The position numbers and the translations under genes were made by a program. Positions 1 through 9,984 of a DNA stretch of 64,000 nucleotides are shown here, one piece after another. Every line of letters begins with the position of its first letter. Position 1 is the first letter of the stretch. The notes below the pieces were generated by a model that saw only the letters and a list, made by a program, of their open reading frames with translations, had not been told where the DNA came from and ran no database searches. Source of the DNA: Candidatus Poribacteria bacterium (lineage in GTDB: Bacteria > Poribacteria > WGA-4E > WGA-3G); the NCBI GenBank assembly GCA_965215265.1, contig OZ244048.1, forward strand, positions 4,640,001-4,704,000. The letters run 5' to 3'.

Positions 1-1
1 T

Positions 2-532
2 AACCGACAGCTCATCGTTTTTGAGTTTGATGCGTTCAATCCAGAGATTTCTCGGTTCGCACTCACCATTCCGACGGTGCCACAGTTTATTTATCAGTGT
101 CTGACGTGGCTTGAGGCCGGCTCAGCCCCTATCCAGCCGCTAGTATATCGGGAGGATGCAACACCGCACGCCTTTCACACCGGTGAAAGTGTGAGAATCG
201 CTTTTTCATCTGGAGAGACATCGGATATACGGGTGCTGAAGCCGGATGGGGTAACCGTTGAACTGACTGGTTCAGTCTTTACGCAAACCGATCTGATCGG
301 CACCTACTCCGTTTTTGCGGGAGATGCGCTGGTTGAACGTTTCACGGTAAACCTGCTAAATCCGGCGGAGTCCGCGCTTTCGTCGCCCTCAACGGTGCCG
401 GTCGAACTGGAGGAGACAGCTGGGAGAACCCCGCTTCAACCTATCCAACAAGAGGTTTGGCGTTGGCTCCTCCTCATCGCATTTCTCCTCTTGCTGCTGG
501 AGTGGTGGTGCTATCACCGAAGCGCGAGTTGA
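2..532 (+). CDS. C-terminal part of a BatA/vWA-associated membrane-anchored protein (5' truncated by window edge)
   Basis: Frame is open from position 2 (NRQLIVFEFDAF...). Ends in 'FTVNL.NPAES' and a 'WRWLLLIAFLLLLLEWW' transmembrane tail typical of BatA/vWA proteins. Confidence 0.65.
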   Translation, partial: NRQLIVFEFDAFNPEISRFALTIPTVPQFIYQCLTWLEAGSAPIQPLVYREDATPHAFHTGESVRIAFSSGETSDIRVLKPDGVTVELTGSVFTQTDLIGTYSVFAGDALVERFTVNLLNPAESALSSPSTVPVELEETAGRTPLQPIQQEVWRWLLLIAFLLLLLEWWCYHRSAS

Positions 533-539
533 GGCATGC

Positions 540-1589
540 CTAAAGCCCGTCTGTTTGTGTCTTGTGCCACTCTTGCACAGCGTCCGGAATTGCCTGAAGG
601 TTTTCAATTGTGGTTTGAAGTGGAATCGCGCACTCCGGACCGATGAGCGGTACCCCTGCCTCGAGGTTCTTGATCACCTCGGCTTTAACGGCTTCGGGCT
701 GCTTAGCGAACAACGTTTCCGGGTTGTTGATATTGCCGATAAGTGCAATCCGTTCCTGCACAATCTCCATGGATTCCAGCGGGTCATTTTTTGAATCGTA
801 GTGGAAGGCGGCCATGCCGGTTTGGGCGATGTACTCCATCCGGTCTACAGTGCGCCCACAGATATGTAGGATGAGTGGAATGGGGATGCGCTCTACAAAT
901 TCAATGTGTAAATCTCTAAGGTAGCGCTGGTAGTACTCGCCGCTGACAAGGTCGCCTGTAGCGTGGTCAGGGAGGGTTAGCGCGTCTGCGCCTGCCTCAA
1001 TTTGGGCGATGCCGAATTGGACAGTGGCTTCCTTCATCCGGTCGAGGGCAAGTTTGGTTTTGCCCGGATCGTCGAGAGACATGAGCAGGAAGGGTTCTAC
1101 CCCGAAGCCGTGGTATCCAAGCGACCAGGGTCCCATCGTCTTTCCGATGACAGCGACTTCATCCCCATATTCTTTTTTGAGTATTTTAATAGCGTCCAGC
1201 ACGCATTGCGTGTCTGGATGCATCAAAAAATCGTCTGGAATAGAGATGTCGTCCACATCTTCCCAGATCGGTTCTCGCATTCTGACGGTGGGCCAGTTAT
1301 CTTTCTGTTCCCACTGTATGTTGCAGCCGAGTGCGCTGGATTCTTGTATAATCGTAAAGACTGGCATAATCGAGTCGAATCCAAGCTCTGTGTACCCTGT
1401 GGCTGCGAGGCGTGCCATCAATTCCGGTTCTCTATTCGCTTGCGGGAAGGGTGCGTCGACCAAATCCATCAACTCAACAGTAGCTACAGAGGTCGGGTTG
1501 CAGACAGGCGTGCGGTCTGTTGGTAGGTTTTGAAGTGCAGCCAGCACGCGTTCTCGGGCTGTCATCGGGTTCACGCTCTGTTTTTGCAT
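540..1589 (-). CDS. MtaA/CmuA-family methyltransferase (uroporphyrinogen decarboxylase superfamily)
   Basis: 349 aa; MTARERVLAAL start, 'LHICG' Zn-binding motif, GNINN and 'GPECAIP' motifs. Confidence 0.85.
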   Translation of the reverse strand: MQKQSVNPMTARERVLAALQNLPTDRTPVCNPTSVATVELMDLVDAPFPQANREPELMARLAATGYTELGFDSIMPVFTIIQESSALGCNIQWEQKDNWPTVRMREPIWEDVDDISIPDDFLMHPDTQCVLDAIKILKKEYGDEVAVIGKTMGPWSLGYHGFGVEPFLLMSLDDPGKTKLALDRMKEATVQFGIAQIEAGADALTLPDHATGDLVSGEYYQRYLRDLHIEFVERIPIPLILHICGRTVDRMEYIAQTGMAAFHYDSKNDPLESMEIVQERIALIGNINNPETLFAKQPEAVKAEVIKNLEAGVPLIGPECAIPLQTTIENLQAIPDAVQEWHKTQTDGL

Positions 1590-1646
1590 GTGGGTTACCT
1601 CTTTTTGTAGATAGTCAGGTTAACGTTAGTGGCTTTAGAATAGTTT

Positions 1647-2282
1647 CTACATCTGTTGACTCGGGGCAGAGAGGATGCCTCGTTTTGCCTCCAGCTCCTC
1701 TTCACGTATTACGACACGGACATTAGGTGCTCGAACTAATAGGAGACCAAGGAGTGCATCGTGTGAATGTCCACACGGGAACATTACAGTGTCGTTAGAT
1801 TCCTCAGCATATTCCATTTCTCCGAGTTTGACCAGGCCACCTGCGATTGCTGAAATTCTGCGTTTGGCTTTGGGCGCGTCGGACTCTGCGGAAACGCGGT
1901 AGGTGCCATTTCCAACGGAATGCACGGTGAGGTTTATCCGAGACTTTTTATCGAATATATTTAACGGACGTGCTTCTATGGTGGTCTTAGGTGGGTATTT
2001 GCATGCCTCCAAAAAGGCTCTTCGGCAGGCCGCTTCGTGTCCGGCACCACAAGCAAAATAGAGGAGACCATCAGGCATTTGTTGCATGCCGCCTAACGTC
2101 TTCATCGCACGGGCAACCTCTTGGAGTCGGCTGTCGGCTCCCTGCAGCCTGCTGTACGTATGGACTAAAAAAACAGGTCTCTTATCGCGTTGCTGGCGAT
2201 AGAGCGCAATCGTGATTTCATGAAAATGCACATCCATCGAAACGAGCTCAATTCGGCTGCCGATGTCAACCACGTGTCGCAT
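1647..2282 (-). CDS. Hypothetical protein (~211 aa, Cys/His motifs)
   Basis: Probable ATG at 2282 (MRHVVDIGSRIELVSMD...); paired 'FACGAGH' and 'FPCGHSH' motifs. Confidence 0.6.
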   Translation of the reverse strand: MRHVVDIGSRIELVSMDVHFHEITIALYRQQRDKRPVFLVHTYSRLQGADSRLQEVARAMKTLGGMQQMPDGLLYFACGAGHEAACRRAFLEACKYPPKTTIEARPLNIFDKKSRINLTVHSVGNGTYRVSAESDAPKAKRRISAIAGGLVKLGEMEYAEESNDTVMFPCGHSHDALLGLLLVRAPNVRVVIREEELEAKRGILSAPSQQM

Positions 2283-2392
2283 GATAATTCGCTTCCGGTT
2301 CTGTTGCTCACTTCTAAAAGTAAGTGACGAAAAGGGCTTTAACGAGGTAGCAGAGAAATTCTGACGGCTACAGCTACAGCCAAAAACATCCA

Positions 2393-3358
2393 CTAGCGGC
2401 GAGCGCGTCTACCACCGTAGTTGTTCTCATAGATATACCAGTAGGCACGTTCTGAAAGCCTGCGTAGAATATTCGCCCGGCGCGTCACCCACGCGCCAAA
2501 AGAGATTCTCCGATTTCTCGTCCTCGTTTTGGTTGTATCCTCAATCATACCCGTGAAGATGTAGGGCCGCGAATTGCCGCGGGGATCCCGGAGGATTAGC
2601 ACGCCGCTGTCCCCTACCAATCCATAGACAGTTCCAGTTTTGTTGTAGACACGCACGGAGGCCGGGATATTCGTCCTTTTGTAGATGTAATCTCCATTCT
2701 TCAAACCGAGGTAGTATTTCATTTTATCAGAATGAGGAAGACTTCCCCCCCATAACTGCACATAAAACTTGTTTAGATCTCGTGCACATGTCCGGTTACG
2801 ATACGTGCGGCCATTCGTTGGAATATACTCCACAATCCGGGTCTGTTTAAAATAGCGATAGTTGGCTCTCAAGATTTGATTCACTCTACGCGGACCTCCA
2901 AGTAACCTAATAAAATGGTTCGTTGATGGATTTGAGCTCGACTGAATCATTTTTTTGAGGTGCTTCCGGTTTAAAGCGGTATGGGCTTTGCGGCCTTGCT
3001 TCACTTCATGAAAATAAGCGAGCATGACAAAATTTTTAATAAGTGAGGCAGCCATCATGGGGCGTTCTTCGTTAATAGAAACCAATTTTTGGCCCTTGGT
3101 GAGATCGTAGACGACAAAGCTCGTTCGCTCCGTTGATGCTAAAACGCGACGTTTTCGCTGCCCTTTGATATATACTTCAAAAGTGGCTTCCAAGGGTGAA
3201 TCAATAGTACTTTGGTAGCGTTTGGGGATATTTCGATAGTTTACCGCACTCACTGTAAACATTGGAAGTAAAAACCAGATGCTACAACAAATTAACAGTC
3301 TGCTTAATGAAAGCCTGCGGTTATCAGGCAAGATGAAAGGTTTTATGTCTTTTATCAT
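2393..3358 (-). CDS. Serine hydrolase with class A beta-lactamase-like fold
   Basis: SxxK (AASLIK), SxN (SSN) and KTG motifs; N-terminal hydrophobic signal segment. Confidence 0.8.
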   Translation of the reverse strand: MIKDIKPFILPDNRRLSLSRLLICCSIWFLLPMFTVSAVNYRNIPKRYQSTIDSPLEATFEVYIKGQRKRRVLASTERTSFVVYDLTKGQKLVSINEERPMMAASLIKNFVMLAYFHEVKQGRKAHTALNRKHLKKMIQSSSNPSTNHFIRLLGGPRRVNQILRANYRYFKQTRIVEYIPTNGRTYRNRTCARDLNKFYVQLWGGSLPHSDKMKYYLGLKNGDYIYKRTNIPASVRVYNKTGTVYGLVGDSGVLILRDPRGNSRPYIFTGMIEDTTKTRTRNRRISFGAWVTRRANILRRLSERAYWYIYENNYGGRRARR

Positions 3359-3423
3359 TCTATTCTTTTTTCCTTTCCTAACTTTCCTGTGTTTGATATT
3401 CGAGTACCAAAAACGACTCGTTG

Positions 3424-4944
3424 TTATTCATGCGTGCCTACAGTTGGTAATTGATAGCAGGCTGCTTCCTGATCATTTCGCACGAGAAGGTAGCTGCCTG
3501 CAAGCGCTGGAGTATTCCAGGTTCTTCCTGTCAGCACCTTGTGACGCGCCAATTCAATCAGTTCGGCCGGGCTCGGTTCTACCAACACCAATTCGCCCGA
3601 TTCGGTTAACACGAGTAGTACATCTCCAACTAATAGGACTTGCCCGTGTCCGTATCTACCCCGCTTCCATTGCCTCGAGCCGTCCGTAGGATTTACACAA
3701 GCGAAAATTCCGTCGTCAAGCCCATAGAGATAGCCTTGATGAGGGATGACAGTGGTAAATTTTGCTTTGAGATGTATTGTTTCCCATATAAGTGAAACGT
3801 TAAAGTCTCCGTCCGGGTTACGCCTGAGTTGGAACAATTTCCCCCCCACTCCGTAAGCGGTTGAGACAAACAGTTTGTCATCAGAAAGCGGTAACGGTTG
3901 TGAGACGCATTCGGCCCTGCTCGGCCAGGTTCGCTTCCAAAAAAGTTTCCCGGTCGTCGGTTCGTGGGATGTGATCAGTCCCTGATTGAATATGAGCAAT
4001 TGGCGTGTCCCTGCAAGTGTTGTCAAAAGTGGAGAACTGTAACCGGTGCCGGTTCTGTGCCCTTGCCAGATAATTTCGCCCCTGTCTTTATGATATGCTA
4101 CGGGGCCGCCGGCACTAACGATAACGAGCTCGCCGTATATGAGCGGGGAGATACTCACGCCCCAGGGGGGCGGCTGTGCGTCATTCTCTTTAAAGATATT
4201 GGTTGTCCAGAGTTGTTCACCCGTCTGGAAATTGAGACAGTTGAGGATACCGGTGGAACCGAGGGTGTAGACCTTGTTACCCGAGATCGTCGGTGTTGCG
4301 CGCGGCCCAAGCCCTGCTAAAGCAGAGTCGTATCTCGCTTCGTCGCGATGGCTCCACTTTACATCGCCCGTGCTTAGGTCATAACAGACGACCATTTCCC
4401 AGTCCCCGTCCTGTTCTTGTGTGATGGCTGAATTTCCGACAACAGCGAACGCTGACCAGCCAGCACCGATAGGCTGCCGCCATATTAGTTTTGGTGGATG
4501 CTTCTCCCAATCACGCTCTATCTCAAAGGTAGTGACAACGGCATTCCTATTTGGGCCAAGGAACTGTGGGTAATCCGTCGTCGAGGTTATACGTTGTTCT
4601 GTAGAAACTGATACAGGATTCGTGGTTTCATTTGTCCACCGCCACTCTACTATCGGCATCAGGTCTCCGCGTACGCCACGAATGCGAAAGAGGGCACCGC
4701 AAAGTACTAGCACGACGGCAATCATTAAAAGAGTGAAAAGACGTAAGTGCCAGGCTAAGCGAGATAGAAATAATAACCACAGCACCCCCAAAAACAGGGC
4801 GAGGATGAGGATGCTAATCGTCATAACCCCTTTTCCTTCACGATCTTCAGCATTTAATCCCCATAGAACTCCAATTCCAAGGATGGCAAGGAGCACAATG
4901 ATAAGCAGGGGCCACCAGCGGGTACGTTTGTTAATAGAGCTCAC
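3424..4944 (-). CDS. PQQ-binding-like beta-propeller membrane protein
   Basis: Three N-terminal TM segments, 'DYPQFLGPNRN', 'GPRATPT' and repeated 'TG..LW' blades. Confidence 0.85.
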   Translation of the reverse strand: MSSINKRTRWWPLLIIVLLAILGIGVLWGLNAEDREGKGVMTISILILALFLGVLWLLFLSRLAWHLRLFTLLMIAVVLVLCGALFRIRGVRGDLMPIVEWRWTNETTNPVSVSTEQRITSTTDYPQFLGPNRNAVVTTFEIERDWEKHPPKLIWRQPIGAGWSAFAVVGNSAITQEQDGDWEMVVCYDLSTGDVKWSHRDEARYDSALAGLGPRATPTISGNKVYTLGSTGILNCLNFQTGEQLWTTNIFKENDAQPPPWGVSISPLIYGELVIVSAGGPVAYHKDRGEIIWQGHRTGTGYSSPLLTTLAGTRQLLIFNQGLITSHEPTTGKLFWKRTWPSRAECVSQPLPLSDDKLFVSTAYGVGGKLFQLRRNPDGDFNVSLIWETIHLKAKFTTVIPHQGYLYGLDDGIFACVNPTDGSRQWKRGRYGHGQVLLVGDVLLVLTESGELVLVEPSPAELIELARHKVLTGRTWNTPALAGSYLLVRNDQEAACYQLPTVGTHE

Positions 4945-5120
4945 AGTAAACTCCTTACGGACTAAGTTACGTTTCTATCTATAATAGTATTTTTTTTCAA
5001 ATTTTTCAACAAAAATTTGAAAAACTAAATGGCCCTAGCACAAAATCTATAAAGCCTTGTCAGTAAAAAACGTTTGTGGTAAGATGAGACTATATCCAGA
5101 GAAGAGGTCAGGAGACGAAA

Positions 5121-6173
5121 ATGGCAATAGGATTAGGCGTTATTGGAATGAACCCTACTAACATGGGTTCAACCGCAGCACTCCTGAAAGATGTACCAGA
5201 TCTGAATTATGAACTCCGGGGCATTTGTGCGAGAAGACCTGAGGTCCTGGAAAACTATGCGAACCGGCTTGGTGTCGGTTTTTGGACGACAGATTATCGC
5301 GAATTGGTTCGACACGAGGACATTCAAGTCATCGCCGTCTATTCACCGGATCATCTGCACGCGGCGCATTGCATTGCTGCAATTGAGGCAGGAAAACACG
5401 TGGTTTGTACCAAACCGATGGTGACAACCTTGGATGATGCCCGGCACCTCGTTGAGCTAGTACGCATGCATAAGGTGAAGTTTCTCGTCGGGCAGACAAT
5501 GCGGTTTGACTTGCAATTTTTGACGATGAAGAAGTTGTTTGATGACGGTGACTTAGGGGACATCACGTTGGCAGATGCCTACTATGTCCATGACATGCGC
5601 GAGGTTTACGAGTTCACACCCTGGCGATTGCAGGAACCACAAGATTTGATGTTCGGAGGCGTTGTGCACCCGGTTGATATCTTGCGCAGCTTCCTCGGCG
5701 ATGTGGAGGAGGTTCATGCTTACGGGATGAAAGGACCGCTGACCCCGGAGTACCCGATAATGAATAACTTTTTGCTCAATCTCAAGTTTAAGAGCGGGCA
5801 GATTGCCAGAGCGATGGGACTCTACGATATTGTCCACCCCCCGATGCCGATGATGCAGGTATCAATTTACGGGAGCAAAGGCACCATGATCGGGGACTTT
5901 ACAGATAATAAAGGCGGGCAAGTCAAACTGATGCTTGACAAGATGGTGGCGAGAGAACCTTTCGAGATGACGTATCCACCTGAGTTGGATACGAGTGTGT
6001 ATGGGCACGGGCAAACGGTAATCCGGTATATGCGCCATTTTCAGGAATGCCTCGAGGCAGATACAGAACCGGTGCCGAACGTCGTTGATGGCGCGAAGTC
6101 GATCGCTGTTGGTGTAGCGGCCTGGCAATCGATTGAGACGGGGCAGCCTGTGAAGGTGTACAACGAGTTTTAG
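5121..6173 (+). CDS. Gfo/Idh/MocA oxidoreductase
   Basis: 'GKHVVCTKPM' motif; SD 'AGGAG' upstream. Confidence 0.9.
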   Translation: MAIGLGVIGMNPTNMGSTAALLKDVPDLNYELRGICARRPEVLENYANRLGVGFWTTDYRELVRHEDIQVIAVYSPDHLHAAHCIAAIEAGKHVVCTKPMVTTLDDARHLVELVRMHKVKFLVGQTMRFDLQFLTMKKLFDDGDLGDITLADAYYVHDMREVYEFTPWRLQEPQDLMFGGVVHPVDILRSFLGDVEEVHAYGMKGPLTPEYPIMNNFLLNLKFKSGQIARAMGLYDIVHPPMPMMQVSIYGSKGTMIGDFTDNKGGQVKLMLDKMVAREPFEMTYPPELDTSVYGHGQTVIRYMRHFQECLEADTEPVPNVVDGAKSIAVGVAAWQSIETGQPVKVYNEF

Positions 6174-6240
6174 CAGAATCACGCAAAATATGAGAGCAGC
6201 TTGGCTTTTCATATTCTCTCTTTTATCGTAAAATCTAAAT

Positions 6241-6480
6241 GGATGCGATGCCGGGAGTCAGCACTGTGATGACAATCTACACCCTTGCCGAGGCGGTTGC
6301 GGTGCAGAACTGACTAATCCTGAGGCCCATAGTTCGGAATGTCGGTACCATCATCCGATGGAAATTTTCTATAATTGCCAACCTCATAACCATGGGTCCA
6401 ATTGTGGGGCACCGTAGCAGACCTGGTTAATGCCGCATTTTGCAAAAAGGTCGGATTTCTACGACAGCACGCCGGCATCC
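6241..6480 (+). ncRNA. Candidate structured ncRNA (long irregular hairpin, 6S-like architecture; family unassigned)
   Basis: ORF-free GC-rich island in AT-rich intergenic DNA. Ends pair (GATGCCGG/CCGGCATC) with nested complementary arms. TAAAAT at 6229-6234 just upstream. Strand uncertain. Confidence 0.45.
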
Positions 6481-6559
6481 TATGTCAAGAGAAATCTATT
6501 CCGGACTATTTACGATTCTTATCCTCACATTTGGATTATTTTTCAAAAACAAAATTTCC

Positions 6560-6588
6560 TTGACATTTAGGTTTATATAATGTATAAT
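6560..6588 (+). promoter_or_regulatory. Sigma70 promoter of the mntR operon
   Basis: Perfect TTGACA (6560-6565), 17-bp spacer, TATAAT (6583-6588). Confidence 0.85.
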
Positions 6589-6626
6589 TTAGGTATGACT
6601 AAATTAATTTATTAAGGATGCCTAAT
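6566..6626. promoter_or_regulatory. Tandem DtxR/MntR operator boxes
   Basis: TTTAGGTTTATATAAT (6566), palindromic TTTAGGTATGACTAAA (6588) and ATTAAGGATGCCTAAT (6611) resemble the DtxR/MntR TTAGG-N4-CCTAA box and overlap the promoter. Confidence 0.75.
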
Positions 6627-6768
6627 CATTTCGAGACTGATTGCCTAACATTTATAGGTATGGGTGCGAAATAATGTAAGGAGTCGGTAAAGCCTCCGGC
6701 AAGATAGAAACGGAACTTTCATGACAATCCTTCCATATTGTTACTAGTGACAAAAATTGGAAAAGTTA

Positions 6769-7443
6769 ATGCTTACACATGCAGCTGAAGACTACCTAAA
6801 GTCCATTTATAAGTTACAAGAAAAGGGTGATAAGGTTTCAACTGGGACGTTAGCACAATATCTCGACGTTAAGCCTGCCTCCGTGACAGGGATGCTTAGA
6901 AAGCTGAAAGAGATGAAGTTGGTACGCCAAGAAAAGTATCAAGCCGTGACACTAACAAAGGCTGGTAAAGCGATTGCACTGGAACTCATTCGGCACCATC
7001 GCTTATTGGAGCTTTACCTGTTTAAAGCCCTCGGTGTGCCGTGGGATGGCGTTCATGAAGAAGCTGAGAAGTTAGAGCATGTCATTTCAGAGGACGTGGA
7101 GGCACGGATGGATGCCATACTAGGCTACCCGACTGCCGATCCGCACGGGGCACCGATTCCGGATCAGAATGGGGTTGTAACACAAACGGACCGTACGCCC
7201 ATGACGGCCCTTAGCAAGGGACAATCCTGTGTTGTTGCTGAAGTCAATGATACCAATTCCGAACTACTCCGGTATTTGGGCGGACTTAACCTCTATCCTG
7301 GGACTGCGTTTCACGTACTTGATATTGCCCCATTTGAAGGACCTTTTACTATTGATATTGCTGGACAGCACATTGTCATCGGGCGCGAAGTCACAAAGCA
7401 TATTTTTGTCACCAATATCCACGATACAGAATTAACGGAGTGA
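6769..7443 (+). CDS. mntR: DtxR/MntR metal-dependent repressor with C-terminal FeoA domain
   Basis: 'EDYLKSIY', 'RHHRLLELYL', 'EAEKLEHVIS', 'DPHGAPIP'. Confidence 0.9.
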   Translation: MLTHAAEDYLKSIYKLQEKGDKVSTGTLAQYLDVKPASVTGMLRKLKEMKLVRQEKYQAVTLTKAGKAIALELIRHHRLLELYLFKALGVPWDGVHEEAEKLEHVISEDVEARMDAILGYPTADPHGAPIPDQNGVVTQTDRTPMTALSKGQSCVVAEVNDTNSELLRYLGGLNLYPGTAFHVLDIAPFEGPFTIDIAGQHIVIGREVTKHIFVTNIHDTELTE

Positions 7444-7525
7444 ATCAGAGCGAAAACCCCTAAAAAATCGACATCTGACGTTAGAACAACGGTGTATAAG
7501 AAAAAACAATCACAAGGAGCATCAA

Positions 7526-8659
7526 ATGCAACGACACGAGCAAAGTACGCCCGATCGAAAAACGCTCAAAATCTGGAAACATCATTTGCAGGATGAGGTA
7601 GATGCTCATTTCCTCTACGACGTGTTCGCGAGTCTTGAGCAGGATGCACATAGAAAAGAGATATTAACCGAGCTTGCCATTGTTGAAAAACGGCATATCA
7701 CTCGATGGCAAGAGATGCTAGATACCTATAAGGTAGTCTATAAACTGCCACGGCCGACAATGCGAGCCCGCTTGATGGGTTGGTATGCGCGTCGGGTTGA
7801 CAGTGAATTCACACTTACGCAAATGCTGAACGAGGAGGCAGGCGAAGTTAAAGATTATCTAATGCTGCATAAAAATAGCAAACTTACGGATGCGAAGAGT
7901 ATGGCACTCACCATGGCGAGAGAATCCGCCATGCATACAGGAGATTTGCAGCAACTGACAGGTGAGAGTCCCGAACCGTGGCATAAAACCGAATCCGGTG
8001 GAATGTTAGGGAACATTGTTTATGGATTTAATGACGGGTTGACAGCTAACTTTGGGCTTGTCGCCGGGGTGATCGCTGCAACTGCTGATACCTCGATCAT
8101 TTTGGTGACCGGCATTGTTGGAACTATCGCTGACGCGCTCTCTATGGGTGCTTCTGGTTACCTCGCTGCAAAAAGCGAACAGGAAGTATATGAGCACGAG
8201 ATTGGAGTTGAAAAAGAGGAGATCCGCCTGATGCCCGACTTGGAAGAGGACGAGCTGGCCCTTATCTATGAGGCGCGCGGCATTACAAAAGAACAAGCGC
8301 GAACTCTCGCTCATGAAGTCATGCAAGATCCGGAGAAGGCCCTCGCTGAGAAGGTACAGACTGAGCTCAAAATTGGTGAAACGCACACTACGCCACTCAA
8401 AGAGGGGTGGATTACCGGATTCGCCACGGCTATCGGGGCTTTTATTCCGGTTGCGCCTTTTCTCTTTACCTCCGGACCTCTTGCTATCTGGCTCGCTTTT
8501 AGCCTCGCTATGTTTTCCCATTTTGCTGTCGGTGCTGCAAGGAGCATCTTCACCGGACGTGGGTTAATTCGGAGCGGGGTTGACATGTTTGTGGTCGGGC
8601 TGGGTGTTGCAGCGGTTGGATATCTCGTCGGCGAGCTCTTGGAACGTTTCTTTTTCTAA
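7526..8659 (+). CDS. VIT1/CCC1 transporter with N-terminal ferritin/rubrerythrin-like domain (MbfA-like)
   Basis: N-terminal E..H pairs (EKRH, ESAMH); 'VYGFNDGL' and 'SMGASGYLAAKSE' VIT1 motifs. Confidence 0.85.
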   Translation: MQRHEQSTPDRKTLKIWKHHLQDEVDAHFLYDVFASLEQDAHRKEILTELAIVEKRHITRWQEMLDTYKVVYKLPRPTMRARLMGWYARRVDSEFTLTQMLNEEAGEVKDYLMLHKNSKLTDAKSMALTMARESAMHTGDLQQLTGESPEPWHKTESGGMLGNIVYGFNDGLTANFGLVAGVIAATADTSIILVTGIVGTIADALSMGASGYLAAKSEQEVYEHEIGVEKEEIRLMPDLEEDELALIYEARGITKEQARTLAHEVMQDPEKALAEKVQTELKIGETHTTPLKEGWITGFATAIGAFIPVAPFLFTSGPLAIWLAFSLAMFSHFAVGAARSIFTGRGLIRSGVDMFVVGLGVAAVGYLVGELLERFFF

Positions 8660-8678
8660 AAGGGTATGAAGAATTTAA

Positions 8679-8755
8679 CGCTCGGATGGCGGGGTTCGGT
8701 TTTCTTTCTCTCTCCTTCAGGAGAGAGAAGAATACCTTATCCCCGCCACCACTGG
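8679..8755 (-). repeat. Palindromic repeat family B, copy 1
   Basis: Reverse complement reads GTGGCGGGGATAAGGTATTCTT...AAGAAAACC...CCCCGCCA, matching the copies at 9907 and 32806. Confidence 0.7.
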
Positions 8756-8842
8756 TTTACACGGATTGTCCAGAAAAAACAGAAAAAAAATCCGGCACCT
8801 CAAACCGGACAATGCAATATCAGACAGAGATTGGAAAACAGA

Positions 8843-9886
8843 ATGATAGAGAAAATAGACAAGATAGCGGGCCAAAGCCGCTTCGATGAGATTCGCACAC
8901 GGTTTTTCCGGCTAATCTCGCCTGAGTGCTTTAATAGACGAAAAGTCGCTTTTTTAGCAGTATGCTTCCTAACGATGCTGGCAAGTGTCGGCTGTGAACC
9001 CCAAAAACAGCCAGATGCTGCGACATCAGAAAAATTGAAGGTTGTTACGACTATCGGCATGATTACGGATATTGTCAAGAATGTTGGCAGTGAACACGCT
9101 GAGGTGATTGGACTTATGGGGCCCGGTGTCGATCCGCACCTATATAAGGCGACTGCAGGAGACATAAATCGACTGAAGGCCGCAAAACTCGTTTTCTATA
9201 ACGGCCTGCACTTGGAATCGAAAATGGGGGAGGTACTTGCTAAGACAACGGGAAACACGCGAGCCGTCGCAGTCACAGATGCTGTAGATAGGACACGACT
9301 CTTGGCACCACCTGAATTTGAGGGACAATACGACCCGCACTTATGGTTTGATGTGACGCTGTGGATGAAAGCCGTTGAAACGGTACAAAAGACACTCAGC
9401 GAAGTCGATCCGGGGCATGCAACTGATTATCGCTCCAACGCGGAACGTTACCTCGATAAACTCGCTGAATTACATGAATACGTCAAATCAGAGGTGGCGA
9501 AGGTAGCACCTGAACAACGTGTCTTGGTAACAGCACACGATGCTTTTAATTACTTTGGTAAAGCATACGGGTTTGAGGTGCGCGGCCTACAGGGGATTAG
9601 CACAGCAACAGAGGCAGGCATCGCGGATGTTCAGGAATTGGCAGCTTTTATCGCAGAACGGCGCATTCCCGCAATTTTTGTTGAGTCTTCGGTTTCTTCT
9701 CGGAGCATTGAGGCTGTGAAAGCCGCTGTTAAGTCCAGAGGCTTTGAGGTCGACATTGGCGGTGAGCTTTTCTCAGACGCAATGGGTACCGTTGGAACGC
9801 CTGAGGGCACCTATATCGGCATGGTCCGCCACAATATTGATACGATTGTGAAAGCCCTGACAAAAGCGTCTGTAGACGAGCAATGA
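8843..9886 (+). CDS. troA: Mn/Zn ABC transporter substrate-binding lipoprotein (TroA/MntA)
   Basis: Lipobox SVGC; 'GPGVDPHLY', 'DPHLWFD', 'TAHDAFNYF'. Start uncertain. Confidence 0.9.
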   Translation: MIEKIDKIAGQSRFDEIRTRFFRLISPECFNRRKVAFLAVCFLTMLASVGCEPQKQPDAATSEKLKVVTTIGMITDIVKNVGSEHAEVIGLMGPGVDPHLYKATAGDINRLKAAKLVFYNGLHLESKMGEVLAKTTGNTRAVAVTDAVDRTRLLAPPEFEGQYDPHLWFDVTLWMKAVETVQKTLSEVDPGHATDYRSNAERYLDKLAELHEYVKSEVAKVAPEQRVLVTAHDAFNYFGKAYGFEVRGLQGISTATEAGIADVQELAAFIAERRIPAIFVESSVSSRSIEAVKAAVKSRGFEVDIGGELFSDAMGTVGTPEGTYIGMVRHNIDTIVKALTKASVDEQ

Positions 9887-9906
9887 AACGTGTAACCGCA
9901 CAGCTT

Positions 9907-9974
9907 GAGTTGCGAGAGAGGTATTCTTTTTCTGTCCATGAGAAAAGATAACCTTTTACTCGCAACCCATTGGG
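9907..9974 (+). repeat. Palindromic repeat family B, copy 2
   Basis: GTTGCGAGAGAGGTATTCTTTT...AAAAGATAACCTTTTACTCGCAAC imperfect inverted repeat. Confidence 0.75.
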
Positions 9975-9984
9975 AGGAGTCAGC

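Noticed and set aside
2393-3358. True beta-lactam resistance gene
   Set aside because: Fold motifs are present but I see no clear omega-loop ExxLN motif; more likely a PBP-like hydrolase.
8666-8842. Long N-terminal extension of TroA in the ORF track
   Set aside because: It is read-through of palindromic repeat B; the lipoprotein signal lies downstream.
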